63,957 nucleotides of DNA from the NCBI GenBank assembly GCA_036374435.1, contig DASUTU010000057.1, positions 1 to 63,957 on the forward strand, in the 5' to 3' direction. The number at the start of each line of letters is the position of its first letter. Positions within the stretch are counted from its first letter, which is position 1. The notes under the pieces were generated by a model. It saw nothing but the letters and a program-made list of their open reading frames with translations, searched no databases and was not told the origin of the DNA. The position numbers and the translations under genes are program-made. Of the stretch, positions 1 through 9,969 are shown in pieces. The stretch comes from Actinomycetota bacterium. GTDB lineage: Bacteria > Actinomycetota > UBA4738 > HRBIN12.

Positions 1-236
1 ATCGGGCGGAACAGGCGGAACAGACGGACCTTCAGCCGCCGGCGCCACCGCCGGGTCGAGGCCAGGTTCGGCTCGCCGCGGGGGATGATCGCCTTCTCGT
101 CCTCGCGCATCGCCGCGGCGAAGTCGTGGAGCGCGTCGCGCACCTGGCCCGTGTCCATCCTCGAGCGCGGCGTGGCCTCCTCGGCCCAGTACAGCTCGCG
201 TTCGAGCGCCTCGCGCAGGTCGTTGTCGCTGGTCAT
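1..236 (-). CDS. Hypothetical protein, 5' part only (runs off the window edge); next gene of the rml operon
   Basis: ATG at 236-234 opens the frame MTSDNDLREALERELYWAEEATPRSRMDTGQVRDALHDF..., with no stop before base 1; co-oriented downstream of rmlD. Confidence 0.55.
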   Translation of the reverse strand, partial: MTSDNDLREALERELYWAEEATPRSRMDTGQVRDALHDFAAAMREDEKAIIPRGEPNLASTRRWRRRLKVRLFRLFRP

Positions 237-310
237 GAACCCTCGGAGCGTAACATCGGCCTCCGCCCGGTCCGCGGTCGTCGATCGACCGGTCCCGGCG
301 TCGCGGGAGA

Positions 311-1144
311 TCACAACGAGGCGAGCAGGTCGCGGATCGCGTGGTCCAGCGAGGGAACCGGCGGAACGCCCAGGTGGGGCAGGTAGGCGCTGGTGAGGCC
401 GCTGTGCCGCGGACGCGGCGCCGGACGGCCGAGGTCGTCGGCCCGCTGCGGATGCACCCGGCCGGGCAGGCCGCCCAGTCCTTTCGCCCTGGTCAGCACG
501 TCGAACCACGTGGTGGCCTCGGGCCCGGCCAGGTGGTAGGTGCCGTAGCGGCCCGTCAGGACGAGCGGAAGGAGGCGCTCGGCCAGGTGCGGGACGTACG
601 TGGGGGTGCCGGTGCGATCGGCGAGCCCGCCCGCCGGCTCGCCCACCGCCAGCCGGCGGATCGCCCCGGTCGCGTAGTCCCGGACGCCGCCGAAGAGGTA
701 GCCGGTCCGGACGACGAAGTGGTCCGGGAGCGCCGACCGGACGTGCTCCTCCCCGGCCAGCTTGGTGCGCGCGTAGACGCTCAGGGGGTTCGGCCGGTCC
801 AGCTCGTCGTAGGGCGACTCCTTCTCGCCGTCGAAGACGTAGTCGGTCGACACGTGGAGAAGGACCGCGCCGCACCGGCGCGCCGCGAGTGCAAGCAGCT
901 GGGGGCCGAGCGCGTTGTCCCGCGCCGCGCGGTCGGGCTCGGACTCGCACGCGTCCACGTCGGTGAAGGCCGCGGCGTTCACGATCAGGTCGGGCTCGAG
1001 CGGCACGACCGTCCGCATCACGGCGTCGTGGTCCCCGATGTCGAGGTCCCGGTGCGAGAGCGGGACCAGGTCGTGGTGCCCCGGGCATGTCTCGGCGAAG
1101 GCCCGGCCGAGCCCTCCACCGGCCCCGGTCAGGACGATCTTCAT
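311..1144 (-). CDS. rfbD: dTDP-4-dehydrorhamnose reductase
   Basis: MKIVLTGAGGGLG Rossmann motif, NAAAFTDVDACE, HVSTDYVFDG, YARTK (YxxxK); ATG 1144 overlaps the rfbB stop (ATGA). Confidence 0.95.
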   Translation of the reverse strand: MKIVLTGAGGGLGRAFAETCPGHHDLVPLSHRDLDIGDHDAVMRTVVPLEPDLIVNAAAFTDVDACESEPDRAARDNALGPQLLALAARRCGAVLLHVSTDYVFDGEKESPYDELDRPNPLSVYARTKLAGEEHVRSALPDHFVVRTGYLFGGVRDYATGAIRRLAVGEPAGGLADRTGTPTYVPHLAERLLPLVLTGRYGTYHLAGPEATTWFDVLTRAKGLGGLPGRVHPQRADDLGRPAPRPRHSGLTSAYLPHLGVPPVPSLDHAIRDLLASL

Positions 1145-2118
1145 GTCGTGGCGGGTGTGGCCTCGAGGACCTCGGCGACGTGCGTGCGATACCACTCGAC
1201 CGTGGAGGCGAGCCCGTCGTCGAACGGGATCTCCGGCGACCATCCGAGCGCGCGCAGGCGGTCGGCGCGCACGCCGTAGCGGAAGTCGTGTCCCGGCCGG
1301 TCCTCGACGAACGTGATCAGCGACTCCGGCGCCCCGGCCAGCGCGCAGATCCTCCTGGCGAGCTCCAGGTTGGGGAGCTCGAACCCGTCGCCGACGTTGT
1401 ACACGACCCCGGCCTCGCCGCGATCGAGCACCAGACACGTCGCCCGCACCCAGTCCTCGACGTGCAGGAACTCGCGACGCTGCTCGCCGCGGCCGTACAC
1501 TGGGACCGGGAGCCCGCGGAGGGCGGCGAGCGAATAGGTCGGGACGACCCGCTCCAGCTGGCGGGGGCCGAACGCGTTCGTCCCGCGGATCACGACCACC
1601 TCCACGCCGTAGGTGACGTGGTAGGCGCGGCAGAGCAGGTCGGCGCCAGCCTTGCTCGCCGCGTACGGGCTCCTCGGCGCCAACGCCGCATCCTCCGGGA
1701 ACGATGCGCCGGCCGGTTCGTTCGCCCCGTAGACCTCGTCGGTCGAGACCATGAGCAGGCGCCGACCGTGCTCGCGGCAGGCGTCCAGCACGGTGTGGGT
1801 GCCGAGCACGTTGGTCACCAGGAACTCCCTCGGCCCGGCGATGCTGCGGTCGACGTGGGACTCCGCGGCGCAGTGCACCACGACGTCGACCTCCCGGACC
1901 AGCCGGCCCACGGTGTCGGCGTCGTTCACGTCGCCGAGCTGGAACGTGAACCTCGGGTCATCCTCGTGGTGTGCCACGTTCTCCCGCCGCCCGCCCACGG
2001 AGAGGCGGTCCAACACCACGACCTCGGCCTCCGGACGCTCGAGCAGCGCGTCGACGAGATGGGACCCGATGAAGCCCGCCCCGCCCGTGACGAGGAACCG
2101 CTCGCTCCGGTCGGCCAT
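1141..2118 (-). CDS. rfbB: dTDP-glucose 4,6-dehydratase
   Basis: VTGGAGFIGS, HCAAESHVDRSI, VSTDEVYG, PYAASKAG, DRPGHDFRY motifs. Confidence 0.95.
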   Translation of the reverse strand: MADRSERFLVTGGAGFIGSHLVDALLERPEAEVVVLDRLSVGGRRENVAHHEDDPRFTFQLGDVNDADTVGRLVREVDVVVHCAAESHVDRSIAGPREFLVTNVLGTHTVLDACREHGRRLLMVSTDEVYGANEPAGASFPEDAALAPRSPYAASKAGADLLCRAYHVTYGVEVVVIRGTNAFGPRQLERVVPTYSLAALRGLPVPVYGRGEQRREFLHVEDWVRATCLVLDRGEAGVVYNVGDGFELPNLELARRICALAGAPESLITFVEDRPGHDFRYGVRADRLRALGWSPEIPFDDGLASTVEWYRTHVAEVLEATPATT

Positions 2119-2154
2119 GGCGTGCGCGAGTCTACCGGCCGGGCCGCGTGCGGC

Positions 2155-3297
2155 TCAGAGCCCGGCCGCCGCCCGGAGGACCTCGGCCGTCTTGCGGGCG
2201 GTCGTCTCCCAACGGAAGGCCCGGGCGCGCTCTCGCCCCGCCCGGCGCAGCCCTTCCCGCAGACCGTCGTCGCCGAGAAGCCGTTCGAGCCCGTGCGTCA
2301 TGGCATCCACGTCCCGCGGGTCCACGAGCAGCGCGGCGTCGCCGGCCACCTCCGGCAGCGACGAGGCGTCCGACGTCAACACCGGAACGTCCGCCGCGAA
2401 CGCCTCGAGCACGGGCAGGCCGAACCCTTCGTACAGCGACGGATACGCCAGCGCCTCGGCCCCGGCCAGCAGGGCCCGTTTGTGGCGCTCGGAGACGTAC
2501 CCGGTCAGCACCACCCGATCGCGCACCTCGGGCGGCAGGGCCGCCACCAGATGGTCGAGACGCCCTGCCTCCCCGGGGATCCAGTTCGTCCGCCCGCCGG
2601 CCAGGACCAGCCAGGCGTCGGTCTGCGCCCGCCGGAACGCCTCGATCAGCCGGTGCAGGTTCTTGCGGGGCTCGATCCCACCAACGAACAGCACGTACCG
2701 CCCTCCGATCCCGAACCGCTCGGACGCCGCCACCACCTCGGAGCGATCCGGGGCCTCGAAGGGCTCGACGCCGTGCGGGACGACGTGCACGCGCGCCGGG
2801 TCCACGTCGTGGTGGGCGAGCAGGTCGCGTTCGGCGCTTCGGGAGGGGACGATCACCCCCCCGGCCCGCCGCAGCCACCGACGGAAGACCCGCCGCCACC
2901 GAGCGTCCATCTGCGGCGCGGTCTCCGGGAACCGCTCGTACGCCAGGTCGTGCACGACCAGGACGACGCCGCGGATCCTGGTGGCCGGCGGGAGGAAGTT
3001 CGTGGCCAGGAACGCGTCGACGTCCACACCCAGCCACTCCAGCCGGGGAACTCCCAGCCGCCACGACAGGGGCTGGAACACCCGGGCGGGCAGGCGCGTG
3101 GGGTGTTCGGTCAGGTTGGGCGGGGCCTCGCCGAGGAGCCGGCGCCGGCGGAACAGGCCTCGCGCGTGCAGGTACCACGCCACGTATTCCGGCAACGGGT
3201 CGGCCGCGGGAAGGTGGCGCAGGATCCGCCGCGTGTACTCCCCCACCCCGGTCCGGCGGGGGTCGAGCGCGGGGCGCGCGTCGATCGCGATGCGCAC
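2155..3297 (-). CDS. Glycosyltransferase family 4 (GT-B, group 1)
   Basis: VRIAIDAR...TGVGEY start; HDL motif; GGIEPRKNL; YPSLYEGFGLPVLEA (EX7E) motif. Confidence 0.9.
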   Translation of the reverse strand: MRIAIDARPALDPRRTGVGEYTRRILRHLPAADPLPEYVAWYLHARGLFRRRRLLGEAPPNLTEHPTRLPARVFQPLSWRLGVPRLEWLGVDVDAFLATNFLPPATRIRGVVLVVHDLAYERFPETAPQMDARWRRVFRRWLRRAGGVIVPSRSAERDLLAHHDVDPARVHVVPHGVEPFEAPDRSEVVAASERFGIGGRYVLFVGGIEPRKNLHRLIEAFRRAQTDAWLVLAGGRTNWIPGEAGRLDHLVAALPPEVRDRVVLTGYVSERHKRALLAGAEALAYPSLYEGFGLPVLEAFAADVPVLTSDASSLPEVAGDAALLVDPRDVDAMTHGLERLLGDDGLREGLRRAGRERARAFRWETTARKTAEVLRAAAGL

Positions 3298-3302
3298 GGC
3301 GC

Positions 3303-4370
3303 TCAGTCGACCTCGACGCGACTCTGGTCGCCGAGCACGAGGCGGTGGACGCCGCCCGTCCCGGACCGGCGCAGCTCGGCATTGCGGCCGAGGATCGACC
3401 CGCTGACCGTGGCCATCCCTTCGATCCGCGAGCCCTCCATCACGATCGAGTCCCGGACCGCGCTCGAGGTCACCACACACGACGGCGAGAGCGCGACGTC
3501 GGGCCCCAGCTCGGAGTCCTCCACGAGCGCGCCCGCCCCCACGATGACGGGGCCCACGATCCGCGAGCGGACCACCTTCGCCCCCGCCTCGACCACCACC
3601 AGCCCCTCGAGCCGGGACGCCTCGTCGACCTCACCCTCGACCGACGGCCGAAGCACGGAGAGCATCTGCCGGTTGGCCTCCAGGAGGTCCTCCGGCCGCC
3701 CGGTGTCCTTCCAGTACCCGCTGACCATCTCGGCGCGAACCGACCGGCCGTGGTCGATCAGCCACTGGATCGCCTCGGTGATCTCGTATTCGCCCCGCCA
3801 GGACGGCTCGAGCGTGGACGCCGCCTCTAGGATCGAGTCGTCGAACAGGTACACGCCGACGAGCGCGAGGTCGGACAGGAACTCCTTCGGTTTCTCGACG
3901 AGCCGCACCACGCGGTCGCCCTCGAGCACGGCGACCCCGAACTGTTCGGGCTCGGGCACGCGGGCGAGGAAGATCTGCGCGTTGGGGCGGTGGCGCTCGA
4001 ACTCGGCGACGAACCGCTCGATCCCGCCCATCAACACGTTGTCGCCGAGGTACATCACGAACGGCTGGCCGCGCACGAAGTCGGCGGCCGTGGTCACGGC
4101 GTGGGCCAGGCCGAGCGGCGCCTCCTGCGGGATGTACGTCACCCGGAGGCCCCACGCCGACCCGTCGCCGACGGCCGCCCGAACCTCGTCACCGGTCTGG
4201 CCGACCACGATGCCGACCTCCGAGATCCCGGCCTCGGCGATGGCCGACAGGACGTGGAACAGGATCGGGACGTTCGCCACGGGGATCAGCTGTTTCGCGT
4301 TCGTGTGCGTGATCGGCCGGAGCCGGGACCCCTCGCCACCGGATAGGACCAGCGCTCTCACGTGGGGCAC
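3303..4370 (-). CDS. rfbA: Glucose-1-phosphate thymidylyltransferase, long form with C-terminal left-handed beta-helix-like region
   Basis: LSGGEGSRLRPITHTNAKQLIPVANVP, YLGDN, RGEYEITEA, WKDTG motifs. Confidence 0.93.
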   Translation of the reverse strand: MPHVRALVLSGGEGSRLRPITHTNAKQLIPVANVPILFHVLSAIAEAGISEVGIVVGQTGDEVRAAVGDGSAWGLRVTYIPQEAPLGLAHAVTTAADFVRGQPFVMYLGDNVLMGGIERFVAEFERHRPNAQIFLARVPEPEQFGVAVLEGDRVVRLVEKPKEFLSDLALVGVYLFDDSILEAASTLEPSWRGEYEITEAIQWLIDHGRSVRAEMVSGYWKDTGRPEDLLEANRQMLSVLRPSVEGEVDEASRLEGLVVVEAGAKVVRSRIVGPVIVGAGALVEDSELGPDVALSPSCVVTSSAVRDSIVMEGSRIEGMATVSGSILGRNAELRRSGTGGVHRLVLGDQSRVEVD

Positions 4371-5773
4371 TCCACCTGGTCACCCTCGGCGGGCGGTTCG
4401 GGCAACCGGTAGTCGCCCGTCACGACCACGGCGACGTCTTCACCGTTGGGCAGCAGGCGCGGAGGGACCGGCACGAGCTCCATGTTGCCGAAGTATGTCC
4501 CAACTACCTTCGCCATCGCCTCCGACCCCTCGCGGAACAGGATCGCCGGGCCCGTCCGCGGCGGGTCGATGGCCGTCCCGGGCAGCAGGCCGGGCTCCGT
4601 GTTGAACCCGCCCTCGGTGAGGATCTCGAACACCTCCCCGGCAACCTCGGCGTTCCCCCGGTCGTAGACCGCGGCGACGATGGTCGCGGGCGACGGCGGC
4701 GTCTGCTCGAGCTCGGTGCCGAGGTCGCCCAGCGGCTGCCCGTTGCGGATCCGCTCGAAGAGCTCGCCGGCGTCGGGTTCGATCTCGTCGACCACGGAGA
4801 GGTACCGCCCGTCGACGGTGATGCCGACGGGGTGCGTCGGTACGGAGCGGAAGTCGGCGGCGCCGGTCCCCACGTCTTCGAGGGTTCCGGCCAGGTACAC
4901 CAGGTCCGCGACGTTCAACCCCTCGTCCACCACGAGGTTGTCCAGCAGCCGGGGCACCAGGCTGGGGAGATCGACGAGCCGTCCCGGCGACAGCAGGGCC
5001 GAGACCACGGCCCGCAGGAACTGCTGCTGCCGGCCGATGCGGGCGAAGTCCGGGACGCGGTCGCAGGGCTGGTGGCGCGTCCGCACGAAGGCGAGGGCCA
5101 TGGCGCCGTCCAGGCGCTGGCAGCCGGCGTCGACGTCGAGCCCGGTCAGCTCGTCCGTCATCGGGTACGGGATGCACAGGTCCACCCCGCCCAACGCGTC
5201 GACCAGGCCCTGGAACCCGGCGAGAGACACGTACAGGACGTGGTGGATCGGCATCCCGGTCAGCTCCTTCACCGTCCTCGCCACCCTGGCCGGCCCGTTG
5301 CCCTCGACGCCTCCCTCGAAGGCCGAGTTGATCCGCCCCTCGCCCATACCGGGGATGTCCACCCAGAGGTCGCGGGGGAACGACACGAACAGCGCCTGCT
5401 TCTGGCTCGGCCGCGTGTGCACCAGGATGATGGTGTCCGAGCGGTTCTCGCCGCCGATGTCTTCGTCCGTGCCGAACGCCTCCTGCTCCTCGGGGGACAG
5501 ACCCTGGCGCGAGTCGCTGCCCAGAAGCAGGTAATTGCAGGCCCGCCGGGCGCAGCGCCCCAGGATGTCGGGGGCCACCGCCGGCTCATCGCCGGGAGCG
5601 GGCTCGAGCGTGTCGATCGAGAGCGTCGTCCGTTGCCGGTCGGCCCAGACGTAGGCCCCCATGCCGAACGAGGCCAGGAGCGTCACAAGGGCGGCCACGC
5701 CGGCGGTGACGGCAAGGAACGGTCCGCGAAGATTCGACCGTCCGCGGGCAGGCGTGATCGAGCCCTCAGGCAT
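4358..5773 (-). CDS. LCP (LytR-CpsA-Psr) family glycopolymer transferase with LytR C-terminal domain
   Basis: N-terminal TM; LLGSDSR, RSDTI, SFPRDLWV, FVRTRH, DFARIGRQQ motifs. Confidence 0.9.
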   Translation of the reverse strand: MPEGSITPARGRSNLRGPFLAVTAGVAALVTLLASFGMGAYVWADRQRTTLSIDTLEPAPGDEPAVAPDILGRCARRACNYLLLGSDSRQGLSPEEQEAFGTDEDIGGENRSDTIILVHTRPSQKQALFVSFPRDLWVDIPGMGEGRINSAFEGGVEGNGPARVARTVKELTGMPIHHVLYVSLAGFQGLVDALGGVDLCIPYPMTDELTGLDVDAGCQRLDGAMALAFVRTRHQPCDRVPDFARIGRQQQFLRAVVSALLSPGRLVDLPSLVPRLLDNLVVDEGLNVADLVYLAGTLEDVGTGAADFRSVPTHPVGITVDGRYLSVVDEIEPDAGELFERIRNGQPLGDLGTELEQTPPSPATIVAAVYDRGNAEVAGEVFEILTEGGFNTEPGLLPGTAIDPPRTGPAILFREGSEAMAKVVGTYFGNMELVPVPPRLLPNGEDVAVVVTGDYRLPEPPAEGDQVECPT

Positions 5774-5922
5774 AGGCGTTCGACGCGAAGGGTACCCGTC
5801 GGGGTCGGTCCCGGTACGGGCCGCGAGATGGTGATCCTGTCACCGTCGGGTTTCCCGAACCGCAGGAGCCTGTGGCAATCCCCCCTCCACCACCTGCCCC
5901 ACCTCGTCGATCCCGTGTTCGT

Positions 5923-6702
5923 ATGGCCAGGACGCTGGCGGAGTGGTGGAACGACCGGTCCCTACGGTGGAAGGGCATCATCGTGGTCGCCTTCCCGGTG
6001 GTGGCCCTGTTGGCGGTCACCGCCGTGTTCGGCGTGGCCTCGACGGTGGCCGACCGCAGCGCGCAGGCGTACGAGGAGGGCGCGTGTCCACCGCCGTGGA
6101 CCGGCTGACGAATCACCTGTCGGCGGCGGAAGCCGGGCTGCGCGGCTACCTCCTGACCAAAGACGACCTGTTCCTCGAGCCGTATTTCCGCATCGTCGGC
6201 GGCCGCCCGCGGCCAAGGCGGACCTCGTCGCGGCGCTCGCCGAGGACACGGTGTTCACCCACCTGACCGAGGCATTCGCGACCCGAGTCGATCGGCTCGA
6301 GGACATCTCGGTGGAGATCCTGGACGCTGCCTCAAACAGGTCAGCGACGAGCTGGGACACGCCATGGGGTCGCGCCTGCTGATCGATGCGGCCGACGCCA
6401 TTCGCTCGGCGATCCGACAGTGCGACGTGCCGGCCCGAGTGGGCGGCGACGAGTTCGCCGTCCTGCTGGTGGGCGGACGGACCGCCGCCGAGAACGTCGT
6501 CGGGCGGTTGAACGATGTGATCGCCCGAACCAACTCGGCGTCGTGCGGCCCCTACACGCTTTCGCTGTCCGTCGGGACCGCCGTGTCCTCGCACGGGGAC
6601 CGACACTCTCTCTCGCGACTGCTGAGCGAGGCCGACGACGAGATGTACGCGAACAAGCGTGCTCGTCGCTCCGACCGATCCGGCTCCTCGCCCGGGCGTT
6701 AA
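5923..6702 (+). pseudogene. Degraded CHASE3-sensor diguanylate cyclase (frameshifts plus internal deletion)
   Basis: Pieces lie in different frames: TM (IIVVAFPVVALLAVTAVFG), CHASE3-like EAGLRGYLLTKDDLFLEPY, then a partial GGDEF domain LKQVSDELGHAMGSRLL...ARVGGDEFAVLL...LSVG...ADDEMYANK. Confidence 0.8.
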
Positions 6703-7112
6703 CGGACGACGAGCACCGGGATGTGCGCCAGGTGGACCACCTTGTGCGCCACGCTGCCCACGAGGAGCCGGCTCCAGTCTGAGAGGCCGCGGGTGCCGAG
6801 CACGATGAGGTCCATCCCCTCGTCCGTCGCGGCGTCGAGGATCGCTCGCGGGGTCTGGCCGAGCGGTACGCGAACGATCTCTCCGCGCACGCCCACCCCG
6901 AGGTCCTTCAGCTCACGAACGACCCCGTCCACGAGATCCAACGCCTCCCGGGGAGTCTCGGCGTCCACGTCCACGCCGAGCGCCGCCTCGTGCTCGCGGA
7001 CGTGGAACACGAGGACCTCGCCACCGTGGCGGAACGCGAGCTCCGCCGCCACGGGGACGGCCCTTCGGCTGTGCTCGGAGCCGTCGACGGCGAGGAGGAT
7101 CCGCTCGAACAT
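6699..7112 (-). CDS. Universal stress protein (single USP domain)
   Basis: MFERILLAVDGSEHS; DLIVLGTRGLS...LLVGSVAHKVVH motif. Confidence 0.92.
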   Translation of the reverse strand: MFERILLAVDGSEHSRRAVPVAAELAFRHGGEVLVFHVREHEAALGVDVDAETPREALDLVDGVVRELKDLGVGVRGEIVRVPLGQTPRAILDAATDEGMDLIVLGTRGLSDWSRLLVGSVAHKVVHLAHIPVLVVR

Positions 7113-7236
7113 CGTGACCACCTCTCTCCGACGAGCATGACCCCGGCCGTCGCCGACGGGCGAGGGCCGTCCGGGCCTTCCCGACCGGGCCGACCGCCAC
7201 CGGGTGGAGGAGGTGACCCACTAGGATGAGGAGCAC

Positions 7237-9957
7237 ATGGCCACGACGGCCTTCCCCGCCCATCTGGTCTCGGACGTCGTCCTTCGAGACGGCTCCACGG
7301 TCCGGGTCCGGCCGGCGCGAGCGACCGACGTCACCCGGGTCGAGGACTACCTGATCGACCTGTCGCCGGAGACCCGCCGCCTGCGTTTCTGGTCGCAGGC
7401 CATCGACGTCAGGGAGCTGGCGCGCAAGATCGTCGACGTCGACTACGCCGACCACCTAACGCTCCTCGTCCTGCAGGGCGGCGACGAAGGCCGCATGATC
7501 GGCGGCGCCCAGTACATCCGGATCGAGGGCGGCCGCGCCGAGGTCAGCCTGTCGGCGGCCGACGACTTCCAGGGTCGTGGGATCGGCTCCATCCTCCTGG
7601 GACAGATGGCGCAGGAGGCCGCGCGTCACGGCGTCACCACGTTCGTGGCCGAGGTGCTTCCCGAGAACCACACGATGGTCAACGTCTTCCGCGCCAGCGG
7701 CTTCACCGTGTCCATCCGGGCCACGCCCGGGCTGATCGAGGTGGAGTTCCCGATCCTGCTGACCGACGAGGCCGTGGAGCACTTCGAGCAGCGCGAGACC
7801 GAGGCCGCCGTCAACGCCATGCGAACGCTCCTTTCCCCTCGCTCGGTCGCCGTGATCGGCGCGTCGCGGGACTCCTCGACCATCGGCGGCCAGCTCTTCC
7901 ACAACCTCCTGACGACGGAGTTCCACGGTCCCGTGTATCCGGTGAACCCGAAGGCCGAGGTGGTGCACGGCGTGGTGGCCCACCCCTCGGTCAAAGACGT
8001 CCCCGGGGACGTGGAAACCGCCTTCATCGTCGTCCCGGCCCCCTACGTGGCGCAGGTCGTCCGCGAATGCGGGGAGAAGGGAGTACGCGGGTTGGTGGTG
8101 ATCTCCTCGGGCTTCAGCGAGGTGGGCGGCGAGGGCGAGGCCCGCCAGGACGAGCTGGTGGAGATCAGCCGGGCGTTCGGGATGCGGATCATCGGCCCGA
8201 ACTGCATGGGCATCGTGAACACCGCCCCCGAGATCCGTCTGAACGGCACGTTCGCCACGGTGTACCCGCCGCCAGGACGCGTGGGGTTCCTGTCGCAATC
8301 GGGCGCCCTGGGCCTGGCGGTGATGCAGTACGCCACCGAGCTCGGCCTGGGCCTCTCCTCGTTCGTCTCGATCGGCAACAAGGCCGACATCTCGGGCAAC
8401 GACCTCGTCGCCTATTGGAACGAGGACCCGAACACGGACGTCGTGCTCCTGTACCTCGAGTCCTTCGGCAACCCACGTCGCTTCGCGCGTCTGGCGCGGG
8501 AGGTGAGTCGTCGCAAGCCGATCGTCGCCGTGAAGTCGGGGCGAAGCGCGGCGGGCGCCCGAGCGGCGGCGTCGCATACGGGCGCCCTCCTGGCCTCATC
8601 CGACGTCACGGTCGACGCCTTGTTCCGGCAGGCCGGCGTGATCCGCACCGACACGTTGGAGGAGATGTTCGACGTGGCCACGATCCTGGCGTACCAACCC
8701 CCGCCGAAAGGCGACCGGGTGGCCATCGTGACCAACGCGGGCGGGCTGGGAATCCTGTGCGCCGACACGTGTGAGGCCAACGGGCTCACGGTGCCCCCGC
8801 TGTCCGGGGGGACCGCCGAGGCGCTGCGCGGGTTCCTCCCCGCCGAGGCCTCGGTGGGCAACCCGGTGGACATGATCGCCTCGGCCGCGGCGGAGGACTA
8901 CGAACGGGCCATCCGGACGGTCGCCGCCGACCCCGAGATCGACGCGATGATCGTGATCTACATCCCGCCCCAGGCGACCAAGGCCGCCGAGATCGGGCAC
9001 GCCATCGTGCGTGCCATCAACGAGGTCGGTGGGCGGATCCCGGTGGCCACGACGTGGATGTCCACCCGTGGCCTGCCCCAGGAGCTCCAGGAGGCCGGCA
9101 CGCGGATCCCGTCGTTCTCCTACCCCGAGCAGGCGGCGATCGCGATGGCCCACGCAGCCCGGTACGGCCGGTGGCGCGACCAGCCCGTCGGCACGATCCC
9201 GCGGTTCCACGACACGAAGCCCGACGAGGCAACGGCCGTCCTGGCCGAAGCGATGGGGCGCGAGGGCAGGGGTTGGCTCACCGCGGAGGAGGTCGAGCAC
9301 CTGCTGGCGTGTTACGGCCTGCGCACGGCGCGATCCGAGCGAGCCGCCTCACCCGAAGAGGCAGGGAACGCGGCGGCCAAGATCGGCTCGGCGGTGGCGA
9401 TCAAGGCGTTCGGGCCCGACATCGTCCACAAGACGGAGGTGGGCGCCGTGGCCCTCGGCCTGGAGGGGCCCGCCGAGACGACGACGGCAGCCCGGGAGAT
9501 GGCCGACCGGGTGGCCGCCGCCGGGCTCACGCTCGAGGGGTTCCTCGTGCAGGAGATGGTTCGCGAAGGCGTGGAGATGCTGGTGGGCGTGGCACACGAC
9601 CCCCTGTTCGGGCCCGTGGTCGCGTGCAGCGCGGGGGGGACGACAGTCGAGCTGGTGCGCGACGTCGCCGTGCGCGTCACGCCGATCACCGAGCTCGACG
9701 CGGGCGAGATGGTCCGCTCGCTCCGAACGTTCCCGCTCCTGGAAGGGTTCCGGGGGGCGCCCAAGGTCGATGTGTCGGCCCTGGAGGAGGTGATCCTCCG
9801 GGTGGGGGCCCTGGTCGACAACCACCCCTCGGTCGCCGAGATGGACTGCAACCCCGTGATGGTCCTGCCGCACGGGGCGATGATCGTCGACGCCCGGGTG
9901 CGCGTTCAGGAGGCGCCTCAGATCAAGCCGCTCGCGGCCCGCGCGGCCGCCGGCTGA
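7237..9957 (+). CDS. GNAT acetyltransferase fused to NDP-forming acyl-CoA synthetase domains (type II Pat-like protein lysine acetyltransferase)
   Basis: N-terminal GNAT with FQGRGIG; CoA-binding VAVIGAS; GPNCMG; FLSQSGALG; SHTGAL; C-terminal ATP-grasp (HKTEVGAV, EMDCNP). Confidence 0.88.
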   Translation: MATTAFPAHLVSDVVLRDGSTVRVRPARATDVTRVEDYLIDLSPETRRLRFWSQAIDVRELARKIVDVDYADHLTLLVLQGGDEGRMIGGAQYIRIEGGRAEVSLSAADDFQGRGIGSILLGQMAQEAARHGVTTFVAEVLPENHTMVNVFRASGFTVSIRATPGLIEVEFPILLTDEAVEHFEQRETEAAVNAMRTLLSPRSVAVIGASRDSSTIGGQLFHNLLTTEFHGPVYPVNPKAEVVHGVVAHPSVKDVPGDVETAFIVVPAPYVAQVVRECGEKGVRGLVVISSGFSEVGGEGEARQDELVEISRAFGMRIIGPNCMGIVNTAPEIRLNGTFATVYPPPGRVGFLSQSGALGLAVMQYATELGLGLSSFVSIGNKADISGNDLVAYWNEDPNTDVVLLYLESFGNPRRFARLAREVSRRKPIVAVKSGRSAAGARAAASHTGALLASSDVTVDALFRQAGVIRTDTLEEMFDVATILAYQPPPKGDRVAIVTNAGGLGILCADTCEANGLTVPPLSGGTAEALRGFLPAEASVGNPVDMIASAAAEDYERAIRTVAADPEIDAMIVIYIPPQATKAAEIGHAIVRAINEVGGRIPVATTWMSTRGLPQELQEAGTRIPSFSYPEQAAIAMAHAARYGRWRDQPVGTIPRFHDTKPDEATAVLAEAMGREGRGWLTAEEVEHLLACYGLRTARSERAASPEEAGNAAAKIGSAVAIKAFGPDIVHKTEVGAVALGLEGPAETTTAAREMADRVAAAGLTLEGFLVQEMVREGVEMLVGVAHDPLFGPVVACSAGGTTVELVRDVAVRVTPITELDAGEMVRSLRTFPLLEGFRGAPKVDVSALEEVILRVGALVDNHPSVAEMDCNPVMVLPHGAMIVDARVRVQEAPQIKPLAARAAAG

Positions 9958-9969
9958 GGACCGCAGGCC

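Noticed and set aside
1087-4605. 1172-aa plus-strand ORF, and similar long antisense or alternative-frame ORFs (15693-20246 minus, 4832-6382, 21928-24237, 36332-38272, 42939-45314)
   Set aside because: These are shadows of real genes in GC-rich DNA; they are Arg/Pro/Gly-rich, have no domain motifs and lie opposite or over recognisable enzymes
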